A stretch of 64,000 nt of DNA from a virus, in IMG/VR virus record IMGVR_UViG_3300025117_000032. One strand, given 5' to 3'. Positions 40,187 to 50,007 of this stretch are shown in pieces; position 1 is the first letter of the stretch; each line of letters starts with the position of its first letter. The notes under the pieces were generated by a model that had not been told where the DNA came from, did no database searches, and worked only from the letters and a program-made list of their open reading frames with translations. Made by a program: the position numbers and the translations under genes.

Positions 40187-41500
40187 CTAAAATGACATTA
40201 TGAATTTGGCAGATCCACAATTCCACACCTTCCAATACCCAAGTTCTTTCATTATTTCTGATTCAGATTTGTTTTTATCATACCCACTATCCACCAGCTT
40301 TGACTTTCTACACTGGATTCTATGTTTCCTTACCATTTCTTTGCTGACATACCAATAATTTGGTGGAGAAATATGGGAAAGTGCGAACCCATTTTTTGCG
40401 TAAACATTATTTGCAGTATCGAAATTCCAATCCAAATCCATAAAGGTTGTTATCTCTTTTGGGTTTATTGATTTTATGAAATATTTTAGCATTTTTGAAA
40501 AGCCACCCACCACTCTTTTTTTAGAACAATATCTCAATATTTCAAATTTTCCTTCTTCTGGGTTGGAACCAAGAATCTTTCTTTGTTTTCCTATTGTTAA
40601 AACAGAAACAATTTCTCCATCGCATAGGAGTTTCACGCTGTATTCAAAACTTATATTTCCCTGGGTATGGTATTTTCCCACAAATTTCACAACCTCCTGT
40701 TTATTGCCAAACTTGACTACACAATTTCTTGCATATATCTTGTCATTGTTGGGTATCATATTAAACAATCTTTTCATAATTGCTTCCCTTCTACTAACCC
40801 AAGCATCTTCGAATATGTGGACTAATCTCACCCCATTTTCAGCACACAATTTTGATTTATTGAAGTGATATCCCTTATTTTTGCCAGCACTTTCTGAATG
40901 CCAATATATGCCATTGAATTCTACCCCGATTTTATGGTCCGGTAAATATAAGTCTATTTCCTTTCTGGACAACCAATCTGGTTTGTACCTTTCAACAATA
41001 TTATTAATACCACTACTTTCCAATATTGATTTTATTTCGTGTTCATAAGAAGATTGGTGTGTTTTTCCATAACAATCTATCGAACAATACGTTACATTAT
41101 ATCTGTTATCTCTACTATTTTTTACATAGAATTCCTCTCCGCATTTTTTGCATATTTTCTTTATGGTATTTGATTTTGACTTAAGTTTATTTCCACAAGC
41201 TGGCGAACAACACTTCTGTGTTTTATGGTGTCTGGTTTTGAATTCATTTCCACAAATTTTACAACAAACTATCTTCATACAAGATTCATTGTTTGCTTTT
41301 CTGGCACATTTTGGTGAGCAATATTTTTGGTTTGATTTTCCTAAAAATGGTTTGTTACAAATTGTGCATATTTTCTCTTGTTTTATTTGTGTTGCCTTCA
41401 CATTGTTTTTTGATAAACAAACCTTTGAGCAAAATTTGCTTGTCTTTTTCTTTGTCTCAAAATCTATCCCACACATTTTACACCCGTGCTTGTATACCAT
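40187..41500 (-). CDS. Hef-like putative homing endonuclease with Zn-finger repeats
   Basis: CxxC..F...FCS..C repeats; EIDLY....GVEFNGIYWHS; IYARNC; GGFSKML; likely ATG 41500. Confidence 0.8.
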   Translation of the reverse strand: MVYKHGCKMCGIDFETKKKTSKFCSKVCLSKNNVKATQIKQEKICTICNKPFLGKSNQKYCSPKCARKANNESCMKIVCCKICGNEFKTRHHKTQKCCSPACGNKLKSKSNTIKKICKKCGEEFYVKNSRDNRYNVTYCSIDCYGKTHQSSYEHEIKSILESSGINNIVERYKPDWLSRKEIDLYLPDHKIGVEFNGIYWHSESAGKNKGYHFNKSKLCAENGVRLVHIFEDAWVSRREAIMKRLFNMIPNNDKIYARNCVVKFGNKQEVVKFVGKYHTQGNISFEYSVKLLCDGEIVSVLTIGKQRKILGSNPEEGKFEILRYCSKKRVVGGFSKMLKYFIKSINPKEITTFMDLDWNFDTANNVYAKNGFALSHISPPNYWYVSKEMVRKHRIQCRKSKLVDSGYDKNKSESEIMKELGYWKVWNCGSAKFIMSF

Positions 41501-41556
41501 AATTTTCGCCTTTCTGAACGATATTACACCATCAAGTATAATTATAGCACAAAGAC

Positions 41557-41587
41557 AAAAAAGAGGAAACAATTTCTTGTTTCCTCT
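41557..41587 (-). terminator. intrinsic terminator after major capsid gene
   Basis: AGAGGAAACAA-GAAA-TTGTTTCCTCT followed by TTTT. Confidence 0.8.
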
Positions 41588-41606
41588 CTTAGCTAAAAAC
41601 TACTGA

Positions 41607-43139
41607 TTAGAAGTTCGAAACATTGGTGCTTGAACCATTAATCAAAGTGTAGCTTGTTGGGAAGATAACCCTAACCATACCGTAATACTTGTTGTTAACA
41701 ACTTTCTTAGCGTATCTGGTCATAATACCCTTCCTTGGTGTGAAGTCATCTGGATCCAGGACTACAGGAGTTAGCTGGAATGGAATGTATGGAGCATACA
41801 CATATCCAGTATCCATGAAGTTGCTTCCCTTGTGCCCAATCAAACAAATTTGAGCAGGTAGGTAAGGATCCTTGTAAACGGTGTACCTTGAAGATAGGGT
41901 TCCCATCTTTTCGATACCCATGTTGTATTGCTCGGTGTCGGCTTCGGAAACGGCGTGGAATTTCTCGATGTCTTCCATAACCGATCCAACCTCAGTGGAG
42001 CAAACAATCCAGTTTGCACCACCGCGCAACATTGCCTTGTGGATTTGGGCGCTAACCTTGTTAACCTGTGTCAACAGAGTTTGGTTCCATTCCTTTTGGG
42101 TAACATATGCGCTTGCAGGATCGCCAGGAATGGTTGTACCATCTGTCCTGGTTATCGAAGCTGTTCTATCGTAAGACCAGCTTGTTTGGTAAGGAGCAAC
42201 ACGGATCAAGTCACGAATGATTTCGCGGTCGATTTCTGCTGCAAGTTCCTCACTCAACAAAGCAGTCAATTCAGCTTCGGCGTCCAAGCTGTGGTATGCA
42301 GCCAAGTCCTGTGCCAATTCTGGGGTCCAGTGAGCTTTCATCTTTCTGCTGGTAACACTTACAGTTGTAGAAGTTACGATCAACTTCACTTCTGCCATGT
42401 TAGAGCTACCTTCTAAATCTCCATACACTGTGTATGAAGTTCTAGCAGAGTTAGCTACGCAATCAACGTAGGCTACGTTAGTACCAGTATAACCGCTATC
42501 ATTAACCTTAACCAAGATTTGGTTGTTAGCAAACAACCCAGCGGTCCAGGTTTGTGGATCAATAGCAAAGTGAGTAACACCTGTTACAGTTGCACCAATA
42601 CCAGAGATAACTTCAATTTGCAATGAAGCAAGAGATTCCTCGCTACCACTATAAGTTAAAGTTACATAGTTATCTCCACCAACATTTGCCCATGCACCAT
42701 AGGTTGTGGCCCCTGTAGCAAATGAATAGTTGTGCCCACCATTGTCATAGTGTGCATCATACACGCTTGCATAGGTTCCTCTGGCACCTGTAGTAACTGT
42801 CTCCACTTGATGATCAAGATAGAATAACAATCCACTAGGTAGGTTCAATGGTTGAACCGATACAATATCGTTTGCCAATAGGCGAGAGAAAACTCTACGC
42901 ACCATTGGGAACACAATGATATCAAACCCAGCTATGTTAGAAGTTGAGTTGTCCGCTTCCTTCAACAAAGCACCAGCTTGGTTTTCCAATAGTTGGGCCA
43001 TGTTGGTTTTCTTTTGGGCTTCTAGTCCCTCAAGAAGACCTGTCTTTTCCCATCTATTAACAACCTTCATTCTTTGTTCTTTCAGTTGATTGGTTTGGAT
43101 GTTCCCCACCAACCCTGATTTTAATAGTTTCATTCCCAT
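41607..43139 (-). CDS. major capsid protein (T4 gp23-like)
   Basis: W.KTGLLEG, LLENQ, VSVQP, SRKMKA.WTPELAQDL.AYH.LDAEAEL, YAPYIP, PRKGIMTRY. Confidence 0.96.
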   Translation of the reverse strand: MGMKLLKSGLVGNIQTNQLKEQRMKVVNRWEKTGLLEGLEAQKKTNMAQLLENQAGALLKEADNSTSNIAGFDIIVFPMVRRVFSRLLANDIVSVQPLNLPSGLLFYLDHQVETVTTGARGTYASVYDAHYDNGGHNYSFATGATTYGAWANVGGDNYVTLTYSGSEESLASLQIEVISGIGATVTGVTHFAIDPQTWTAGLFANNQILVKVNDSGYTGTNVAYVDCVANSARTSYTVYGDLEGSSNMAEVKLIVTSTTVSVTSRKMKAHWTPELAQDLAAYHSLDAEAELTALLSEELAAEIDREIIRDLIRVAPYQTSWSYDRTASITRTDGTTIPGDPASAYVTQKEWNQTLLTQVNKVSAQIHKAMLRGGANWIVCSTEVGSVMEDIEKFHAVSEADTEQYNMGIEKMGTLSSRYTVYKDPYLPAQICLIGHKGSNFMDTGYVYAPYIPFQLTPVVLDPDDFTPRKGIMTRYAKKVVNNKYYGMVRVIFPTSYTLINGSSTNVSNF

Positions 43140-43166
43140 AAATATTACTCCTTCAATTTCTTTTCG

Positions 43167-44294
43167 TTAACCTTTCAAACCAGACAGTTGACGCATTCTC
43201 TTCAACTCTTCTGATTCGTATAGCTTATCCTTCTTTGCTTCCTTTGCTTTCGAGGTAGTCTTAACTTCCTTGATTATGCTAGAGAAACTAGTTGACGGAT
43301 CACTGTTTGCTGCTTCCTTGATGATCTTTCCATAAAGAAGCTTTACTGTCTTCAAGCTCTTGCATCTGTCTAACCTTTCGGCTATCCTTTCCTTTTCCCT
43401 GTTGGTAAACATACCACTCATGTAAAGCTTATTCAGGTGAGCAAGCTTACTGTTGAAAAGGTTTGTCTCTCTCATTTGGGTAGTCAAAGATTCAATCAGC
43501 CTCTTAAGCTTCTTGTTTTCTCTTACTAGTTTCAACGTAGTCTTACTAATCTTTCTACCCTCTCCAAGATCCTTAAATTCATCATCCTCTTCATCTCCCA
43601 TTTCTGAGTCTTCACTGTCAAGATCGTCAACATCAATCTCGTCTTCATCATCCAAATCGATATCTATGTCTAGGTCTTCATCGTCTGCCTCACCTAGATC
43701 TTCTTCATCATCAAAGAGTTCATCGGGCACTTCAAACTCTTCATCATCGTCTTTCAATTCATCTTCATCACCAAATTCTTCTTTGCGAAGTTTTTTGGCA
43801 CTCCTCTTTTTTCCCTCTTGGGTGATGGGTTCTGGTTTTGCTGCGGAGGCTGTTGCTTCCCAACCATCTGCTGTTTGCTTAACAGTCAAATTTATTGGTT
43901 GAGCAGATTGATTTTTCTCTGGAACTGGATCGCCAGCTACATCGTCAACCTCATCCAGTTCTTCATCCTCATCGTCTTCATCATCGAAGTCGATATCAAC
44001 ATCATCATCCCCATCATCGTCAAGGTCAATCTTTTCATCTTCCTCTTTACGAACCTTTTTTCTTTCCTTGATTGGTTCCTCTGTATCAAAGGCAGCATCG
44101 GTATCTTCCCTACCAAGATCCTCTTCCTTACCAATATCATGTTCCGCTTCCTTCAATACATCCTTGAAAAAATCAGTTAGGTTAGGAGCAAAATTCTCAA
44201 TGACAAGATTTTTTGCCGCTTCCAAGGAAGCTCTTTCTAGTTCTTCTGCCTCAAGCAGAGCATTCTTAATAACGTCTTTCTTTTGTTTCAACAT
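43167..44294 (-). CDS. prohead scaffolding/core protein
   Basis: highly acidic centre, coiled coil, ETNLFNSKL, RMRQLSG end; directly upstream of MCP. Confidence 0.75.
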   Translation of the reverse strand: MLKQKKDVIKNALLEAEELERASLEAAKNLVIENFAPNLTDFFKDVLKEAEHDIGKEEDLGREDTDAAFDTEEPIKERKKVRKEEDEKIDLDDDGDDDVDIDFDDEDDEDEELDEVDDVAGDPVPEKNQSAQPINLTVKQTADGWEATASAAKPEPITQEGKKRSAKKLRKEEFGDEDELKDDDEEFEVPDELFDDEEDLGEADDEDLDIDIDLDDEDEIDVDDLDSEDSEMGDEEDDEFKDLGEGRKISKTTLKLVRENKKLKRLIESLTTQMRETNLFNSKLAHLNKLYMSGMFTNREKERIAERLDRCKSLKTVKLLYGKIIKEAANSDPSTSFSSIIKEVKTTSKAKEAKKDKLYESEELKRMRQLSGLKG

Positions 44295-44308
44295 AGTTCC
44301 GTTTCTCC

Positions 44309-45988
44309 TTACTTAAAGTATGAATCTTTCAATATTCCATGAAGGATATTGCGTAGTCCATTGTATCTGTCCGTAACATTTTTTCCAACACTCTCTACTA
44401 AATATGCGCCTGGAGTGGATGGCGACGAAACTGCGTCAAAAGCAATGAGTTCGAAGTCATCTTGAACCACATTTATTTCAGCCTCTTGCTGTAGTGATCC
44501 AATTCCCCTAGACGATATTCCGATCTTCACACCCTGCTGAATAAGGTTTTTTAGAATCTGCCCTGGGGGTGTGTTCAAAATTTCCAGTGATCCCCTAACC
44601 TCTTCATCTCGCATATAAATATCAGTTACTAAGTGTGAAACATTTTTTAATTCAATTATTGCCGAGTTTCCTGTAAGAAATGCTTTGCCATTTTCCTTCA
44701 TATAAAAGTTTCCATTCTTAACTGTTAGACAATATATATTTCCCTTGTGTTCTACTTTTTCTATCTTTAAGAACCTTTCATCCAAATATATACCATTTGT
44801 TGTGGATATGTTTAACTGATATAGTGGTCGTTTATTTTTGGCCTCTATTAGATGATCAGCAAACATATAATCATCCTTGGTTATTATTTCTTGCCAATTT
44901 CCAGACCCACCAATTTTGATAAGACATTCGTGTAAATCCTCAACAAGCCTTTTCGAGGTGGAAAACAAATTTTGTCTAATTCCATGTTGGTGTGTTTGTT
45001 TTCTTCCATCTCCCATGATAAACCAATCAATCAATTCAGATAGATAAATTGGATCAAGTTGTTTGATATCACTAGGGATATATTTTTCATGGCACTTTCC
45101 CAATATATCCAAATATTTTGCCAATCTTATATCTTGGATTGAGAATACTATTTTATCATTCCCCTTATTGTATTCTTTTATTTCAATTTGGAATTTGCTT
45201 AACATTTCTCTGATCAAATCAGCCTTAACACCAGATTTTTGTGTGATTACTGATAAATAAGATCCACCCCCTATGCGGGTGTGGCCCTCTGCGAGCCAAA
45301 TTCCTAGGAATTGAACAAATGTCATTGTGTCTATTTTAAGTGGTTCCTCAACATTATTCGTAAATCTATTTGAATATTTTTCTTTTGACACACCTGGAAT
45401 TTCAATGAAATCTGGGTTGTTACCAAACCAATCAAAATTAGATTTTAATATTTTATGTTTATTGTATTTGCCTCTATTGTTGTGTATTTCCTCAATTGTG
45501 ACATACTCCCTTTTTCCATACCTTGCTTCTAGTAACAATTTGTGGGTTGGGGTAAACGAAGAATCTATTCCTCTGCCTCTTATTTTATAAGCGTTTCCGC
45601 TATATGGTTCATCGATAATTCTTTCTATTTCATTTAATTCTAACCTGTTATTTTCATTGATTGCATATATCTTCTCCCCTAGTTTTAACTCAGAAAATGG
45701 TTTCCAACCAAATTCTGACAATACATCAAAGTTTTTTGATATATTGCAATCTGGGTGATCTAATTCCCCCATGGCCCTACGATCTTTTACTATGTGTGAA
45801 TACTTCTTAACCTCTCTGGCTAAGATCTCTTTTGGGTAGACCCTACCATTGTGGTTTTTCACGTTGGCTTTTTGTAGAAGCTTGTCTTTGATTATTACTG
45901 GTTTGCTTGGGTTGTCTGCAATCTCTTGTAAAATGTCAGCACCAACATCTAGTTCAAACCATTCTGTTATGAGTAGTTTTTGGTTCAT
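44309..45988 (-). CDS. prohead protease (T4 gp21-like) with intein
   Basis: N.NGRVYP, GELDHP, SH, GISSRGIGS, FDAVSSPSTPGA. Confidence 0.93.
   Translation of the reverse strand: MNQKLLITEWFELDVGADILQEIADNPSKPVIIKDKLLQKANVKNHNGRVYPKEILAREVKKYSHIVKDRRAMGELDHPDCNISKNFDVLSEFGWKPFSELKLGEKIYAINENNRLELNEIERIIDEPYSGNAYKIRGRGIDSSFTPTHKLLLEARYGKREYVTIEEIHNNRGKYNKHKILKSNFDWFGNNPDFIEIPGVSKEKYSNRFTNNVEEPLKIDTMTFVQFLGIWLAEGHTRIGGGSYLSVITQKSGVKADLIREMLSKFQIEIKEYNKGNDKIVFSIQDIRLAKYLDILGKCHEKYIPSDIKQLDPIYLSELIDWFIMGDGRKQTHQHGIRQNLFSTSKRLVEDLHECLIKIGGSGNWQEIITKDDYMFADHLIEAKNKRPLYQLNISTTNGIYLDERFLKIEKVEHKGNIYCLTVKNGNFYMKENGKAFLTGNSAIIELKNVSHLVTDIYMRDEEVRGSLEILNTPPGQILKNLIQQGVKIGISSRGIGSLQQEAEINVVQDDFELIAFDAVSSPSTPGAYLVESVGKNVTDRYNGLRNILHGILKDSYFK
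44666..45748 (-). mobile_element. intein in prohead protease (361 aa, LAGLIDADG)
   Basis: CNISK...GWK...TPTHK...LGIWLAEG...MGDG...IYCLTV.NGNF...TGN|S. Confidence 0.9.
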
Positions 45989-45990
45989 AG

Positions 45991-46275
45991 CTATTTGGAG
46001 CCTCCCCCGTTCTTTAGTTCTTTAGCAATTTCTTCCTCAATTTGACTAAGTTCTCTGATAACTTTCTTGAAAATTTCCATAAAGACAGCCGCCTGCTTTT
46101 TTGATTTCATTTTTTCGATGACACTGTACACTACTTCCAATGCTTCTATTGCATTCCCATATACGTTTTGGTACTCTTTTCTGAAGTCCCATTCCACAGT
46201 GGTAAATCCATGTTTGTGGATGTTTGCTTCTAATATTGTTTCCTTGATAATCTTTTTCAGTTCGCTTTTCTTCAT
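45991..46275 (-). CDS. hypothetical protein with KSELK leader
   Basis: MKKSELKKIIKETILE. Confidence 0.7.
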   Translation of the reverse strand: MKKSELKKIIKETILEANIHKHGFTTVEWDFRKEYQNVYGNAIEALEVVYSVIEKMKSKKQAAVFMEIFKKVIRELSQIEEEIAKELKNGGGSK

Positions 46276-46278
46276 TGG

Positions 46279-46518
46279 TTAATCCTCTATTCTCAATTGA
46301 CGATATCCATGCTTCTTTAGGTCACCCTCTATTTCTTCAACGTCAGCATCATTCCACTTTTTGAAAATCTTAGACCCATATCCAAGGTTGTAACTCCTAT
46401 GGTTCAATTGTGACAGAACAAATTTTTTCTCATCTTTACTCCAAACGGTAACGTAGTGATCAAATACATCCTCTTGGAGTATTTCTTTGATAAGCTTTTT
46501 CAGTTCACTCTTTTTCAT
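46279..46518 (-). CDS. hypothetical protein with KSELK leader
   Basis: MKKSELKKLIKEILQE. Confidence 0.7.
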   Translation of the reverse strand: MKKSELKKLIKEILQEDVFDHYVTVWSKDEKKFVLSQLNHRSYNLGYGSKIFKKWNDADVEEIEGDLKKHGYRQLRIED

Positions 46519-47070
46519 CTATGCTGCCCCCTTTACCTTCGAAAAGTTCAAGTTGGATTTGCTCTCATTGAAGATATCCATATCCAAAATCCTGTTCATT
46601 GTGTCTTGTAACTCACTCTCAAAACTAGCAAAGGGAATATTGTTCACTTTTCCAGTATCCTTGTTTTGTGCTGGGCCACCATTCCAATCAATATCATTCA
46701 CTGTATCGATATTGAATTCTAGTTCCAAAAACTGTCTTTTCCCTATCTCTGCCCCCTCTGCAATAAAACTATAATCAAAGATCAAAGAAGCTGGATCGAA
46801 AAACTTTGAGTTGAAGTAATTCTTGAAGCTCCTACCGCGTACCTTAAGTTCTTTTTCGAAGTCAGACATAATGACCCCAACCAACTCGTCTGATTCGTGT
46901 GTGGCCGTATTCTGGGCCTTTACAACCGATAATTTAGGCTTCACCCAAGAGTTAAAGACGATGTACAAAGCCTCTGGTCTATTTTTGTTCTCAATAGCAC
47001 CAATGGTCACTTTCCAATCTTTTCTGTTAACACTTAGTTCTTTCTTTGTTCCTGGTCCAAATTTAGCCAT
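46519..47070 (-). CDS. hypothetical head-module protein
   Basis: 183-aa ORF, GGAGG RBS. Confidence 0.7.
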   Translation of the reverse strand: MAKFGPGTKKELSVNRKDWKVTIGAIENKNRPEALYIVFNSWVKPKLSVVKAQNTATHESDELVGVIMSDFEKELKVRGRSFKNYFNSKFFDPASLIFDYSFIAEGAEIGKRQFLELEFNIDTVNDIDWNGGPAQNKDTGKVNNIPFASFESELQDTMNRILDMDIFNESKSNLNFSKVKGAA

Positions 47071-47082
47071 TAATTTCCTCCG

Positions 47083-47319
47083 TTACTTAACATAAAATAT
47101 TGCTTTATAAGGAAACACATTGTCTGCCTCAATCTCTTTAGAAAGAATTTTCTTTTTAGTTAGCTTTTGTAGTAGATTCTTTATATCATCAAATTTGTGA
47201 TAATCTCTTGCGTCCCATGTAAAAGGAAAGCTTATCGGTAGCTTTACCTTTTTGTATCCATCCATAACATCCTCATTCAAGGTTTCCTTGATAATTTTTT
47301 TCAGTTCACTTTTCTTCAT
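47083..47319 (-). CDS. hypothetical protein with KSELK leader
   Basis: MKKSELKKIIKETLNE. Confidence 0.7.
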   Translation of the reverse strand: MKKSELKKIIKETLNEDVMDGYKKVKLPISFPFTWDARDYHKFDDIKNLLQKLTKKKILSKEIEADNVFPYKAIFYVK

Positions 47320-48115
47320 TGTCTTTCTCCCTTAGATTTCTTAACTCACAAACCAACTCATATGTATCCAATAGGCCATCTGCTGTTTGGTTCTCTTTGC
47401 ATTGCTTGGTGGCTGCTGCTGCCTTACTAGACAACTCTTCGCCCATTGATCCACCAAGTTTCACCAATAGGGACTCTATTTCCGCTATCATCAATTTTTG
47501 TTTATCAGCTATCTTGCCTTGATCATTCTCTTTCAACAAAAAGAAAACCTTGCGGTCATCTTCATTCAATTGGTTTGAGTATTTGCTGTTGAATTTTCCA
47601 AGGGCAATTCTAATAACATGCTTTGGCTTCAAGAATTTCAGTTCCGAATTGGCAACCATCTCACTCAAGTTCTCATAGGGATCTTTGTCCTCATGCAATG
47701 AGTTCACATGCTGAACAACTCTATCGAATGATTCAACATATCTCTTTGGGTCAACTGATTCCTTATCCAACCGATACCTTATGACTGTTCCAATATCCAT
47801 GTTCAATTGAGAAGACTTCATAGCTGGTATCTTACACTTAGATTCAAGAAGAGTATTGTAAGCTTGAACATCCTTGAAGTTCATTCCATCCAATGCGGAT
47901 ACCGTTTCATTGACAAACATCTCTGCTAGTCTTCTGTCGGCCATATATGATGATTCCAATCGTGTGAACACATTGAATTGCTTGTGTAATACTTCCTTGA
48001 TGTTCACAAAATTTATGAAGGTCTTAGCTAACATCTTAGCGTCCTGTTCCTGGTTTGCCAATGCTTTCTTTGCACAGACACTTGTTACTGATTGTAGTAT
48101 TGTTCCAAAGTTCAC
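47306..48115 (-). CDS. hypothetical head-module protein
   Basis: 269-aa helical ORF after portal; KFNSKYS..L motif. Confidence 0.7.
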   Translation of the reverse strand: MNFGTILQSVTSVCAKKALANQEQDAKMLAKTFINFVNIKEVLHKQFNVFTRLESSYMADRRLAEMFVNETVSALDGMNFKDVQAYNTLLESKCKIPAMKSSQLNMDIGTVIRYRLDKESVDPKRYVESFDRVVQHVNSLHEDKDPYENLSEMVANSELKFLKPKHVIRIALGKFNSKYSNQLNEDDRKVFFLLKENDQGKIADKQKLMIAEIESLLVKLGGSMGEELSSKAAAATKQCKENQTADGLLDTYELVCELRNLREKDNEEK

Positions 48116-48159
48116 TTACATACGCTCCTTAAATGTTGTCGCTATAATGAAATATACCC

Positions 48160-50004
48160 CTAGTCCTCATTGGATTTGATTTCATTTATATTTTTTATCG
48201 GATTCTCAAGCCCTCTTTCTAATTCAGATAGGGTTGTGATCATGTTTGCATAGGCAAAAGAGTTTGTTGCCAAGGCATTATTCCTTGGCTTTTTCTTTTT
48301 CTTAAATGCTGCATTGTAGTTCTCAAGCATAACATCCAACCCCTGTTTTACATTCTCCATGGTTGTCCTAATCTCTGTTGCCACATACTTCTTTCCCTCT
48401 GGTGGTGTAGCTGGCAAAGCATTTCCATTCTGATCAACGAAAGGAGAATCAGCAACCCCTGGCACACCTTCTGTTGAACCAAACCCTCCACCCATATCCA
48501 TACTCATATCACCAAGGTCAGGTTGTGAAACTGTCTCAATCTGTAGTTTTATCTTTCCTTCCAAGAATTGTTGGTTGAGGATAACCTTGATCTGATCATC
48601 GGTAAACCCAAGGATCTCTCTAGCACCCCACACATAAGAAATTGGTGACAAGGTTGACTCATCCCACAAGTTCTTGAACACAGTTCCCTTCTTATCCCAT
48701 AGGTCAATCTTTTCAATCTCTGACATGGTTGAAGGGTTGGTAAGTTCCAACTCAAAGCTTGTCAACTGTTCTTTCTCTCTAAACCCAAGAGCATACAAAT
48801 GCAGCACCGCAATTTGATTCAAGGTTGCAAGCATAGCCTGTTGCATTCTATTGATCGTCCTAGCAAACCTAAAGTCCTGCCCAGCCAAGGTTGCCTTCGC
48901 CCTGATATCAGACTCATCCGAAAAATAAGCCTTCGGCACTTTCAATGAAGTGTAAAGTTTCTGTTGCATGTACTCTATGTCTGCAATCTCATCCAAGTTC
49001 GAAGCACCAGGAAGAGTTTCAATCTCTGTATTCTTTTCCCCTCTCCGTGGAATGAAGAAGTCCTCATCAATAGCCATTGGGTTATACTTGAAGTCCATAT
49101 TACCACTAGCCATATTAACCGAAGGTGTTCTCTTGATTTCATCCTTGATACCCTTGATAAACTCTGCAACATCTTCTGGGTTTATGTTCCCAACATCAAT
49201 GTAGAAGATCCTTCTTTCAGGAGCCCTGGTTATACGATAGATAAGCATTGAATCCTCTGCTAACTGTAATTGCTTCCAAACCAAACGCCCAGCCTCTAAG
49301 GCAGAAGTTCCATATGGTTCTCTCTGCAAGTCAGACAACAATCTAAAGTGAGCAATCTGCCAGTTATCAAACGTGATGTTATTCGTATCCCAATAAAACT
49401 TGACGGAGCTTATCTGTCCATCATAAGCTTCCTCTCTCCTTATTTCATCAACCTTGATTGGAAGATATCCAACAACACCCCTGTTTGGTTGAATGTCCAA
49501 TAGAAGAAAGTGATTCCCAAACTGGCAAGTGTTCCTTGTCCAAGTCCAAAGGTTAGATTCAACACAAAGAATATCGTTGAACAAGTTCTCAAGCACCATC
49601 TTGATTTTCTCATTGTCTGATTCAACGTGGATAATCTCTCCATACTCATTCTTGGTAAGACTTTCATCGGCATAGATATCCAACGCAGAAGCAATCTCTG
49701 GACTGTATTGCATAGTAGTGAAATCTTCAAAAGACTTCCTTCTATCTATCTCCAATGAAGTGGTCCTAACATACTTGTCATATGTTGCCTTCATGAATTG
49801 GTCTTTCAAATATTGCTTGTGTTGTTTCCTTATTGGAGCATCAACCTGCTTGGGTTCCGTATAATACTTTTTACCAATTCCCCTCTTCAATAACAGTGTA
49901 AGCTTGGATGGAAGATCCAACCTCTTATCCCTGATATCAATATTCTTTGGTGAAGTAAATACATCCCTTGCTAGTTTGTTGTTACTGTTAAAATTATATG
50001 GCAT
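48160..50004 (-). CDS. portal protein (T4 gp20-like)
   Basis: PEIASALDIYADE, HFRL, EDSMLIYRITRAPERRIFYIDVGN, EDFFIP.R, IETLPG. Confidence 0.96.
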   Translation of the reverse strand: MPYNFNSNNKLARDVFTSPKNIDIRDKRLDLPSKLTLLLKRGIGKKYYTEPKQVDAPIRKQHKQYLKDQFMKATYDKYVRTTSLEIDRRKSFEDFTTMQYSPEIASALDIYADESLTKNEYGEIIHVESDNEKIKMVLENLFNDILCVESNLWTWTRNTCQFGNHFLLLDIQPNRGVVGYLPIKVDEIRREEAYDGQISSVKFYWDTNNITFDNWQIAHFRLLSDLQREPYGTSALEAGRLVWKQLQLAEDSMLIYRITRAPERRIFYIDVGNINPEDVAEFIKGIKDEIKRTPSVNMASGNMDFKYNPMAIDEDFFIPRRGEKNTEIETLPGASNLDEIADIEYMQQKLYTSLKVPKAYFSDESDIRAKATLAGQDFRFARTINRMQQAMLATLNQIAVLHLYALGFREKEQLTSFELELTNPSTMSEIEKIDLWDKKGTVFKNLWDESTLSPISYVWGAREILGFTDDQIKVILNQQFLEGKIKLQIETVSQPDLGDMSMDMGGGFGSTEGVPGVADSPFVDQNGNALPATPPEGKKYVATEIRTTMENVKQGLDVMLENYNAAFKKKKKPRNNALATNSFAYANMITTLSELERGLENPIKNINEIKSNED

Positions 50005-50007
50005 ACA

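Noticed and set aside
41501-41572. N-terminal extension of the Hef-like ORF
   Set aside because: Starts within the MCP terminator hairpin; ATG 41500 is more plausible
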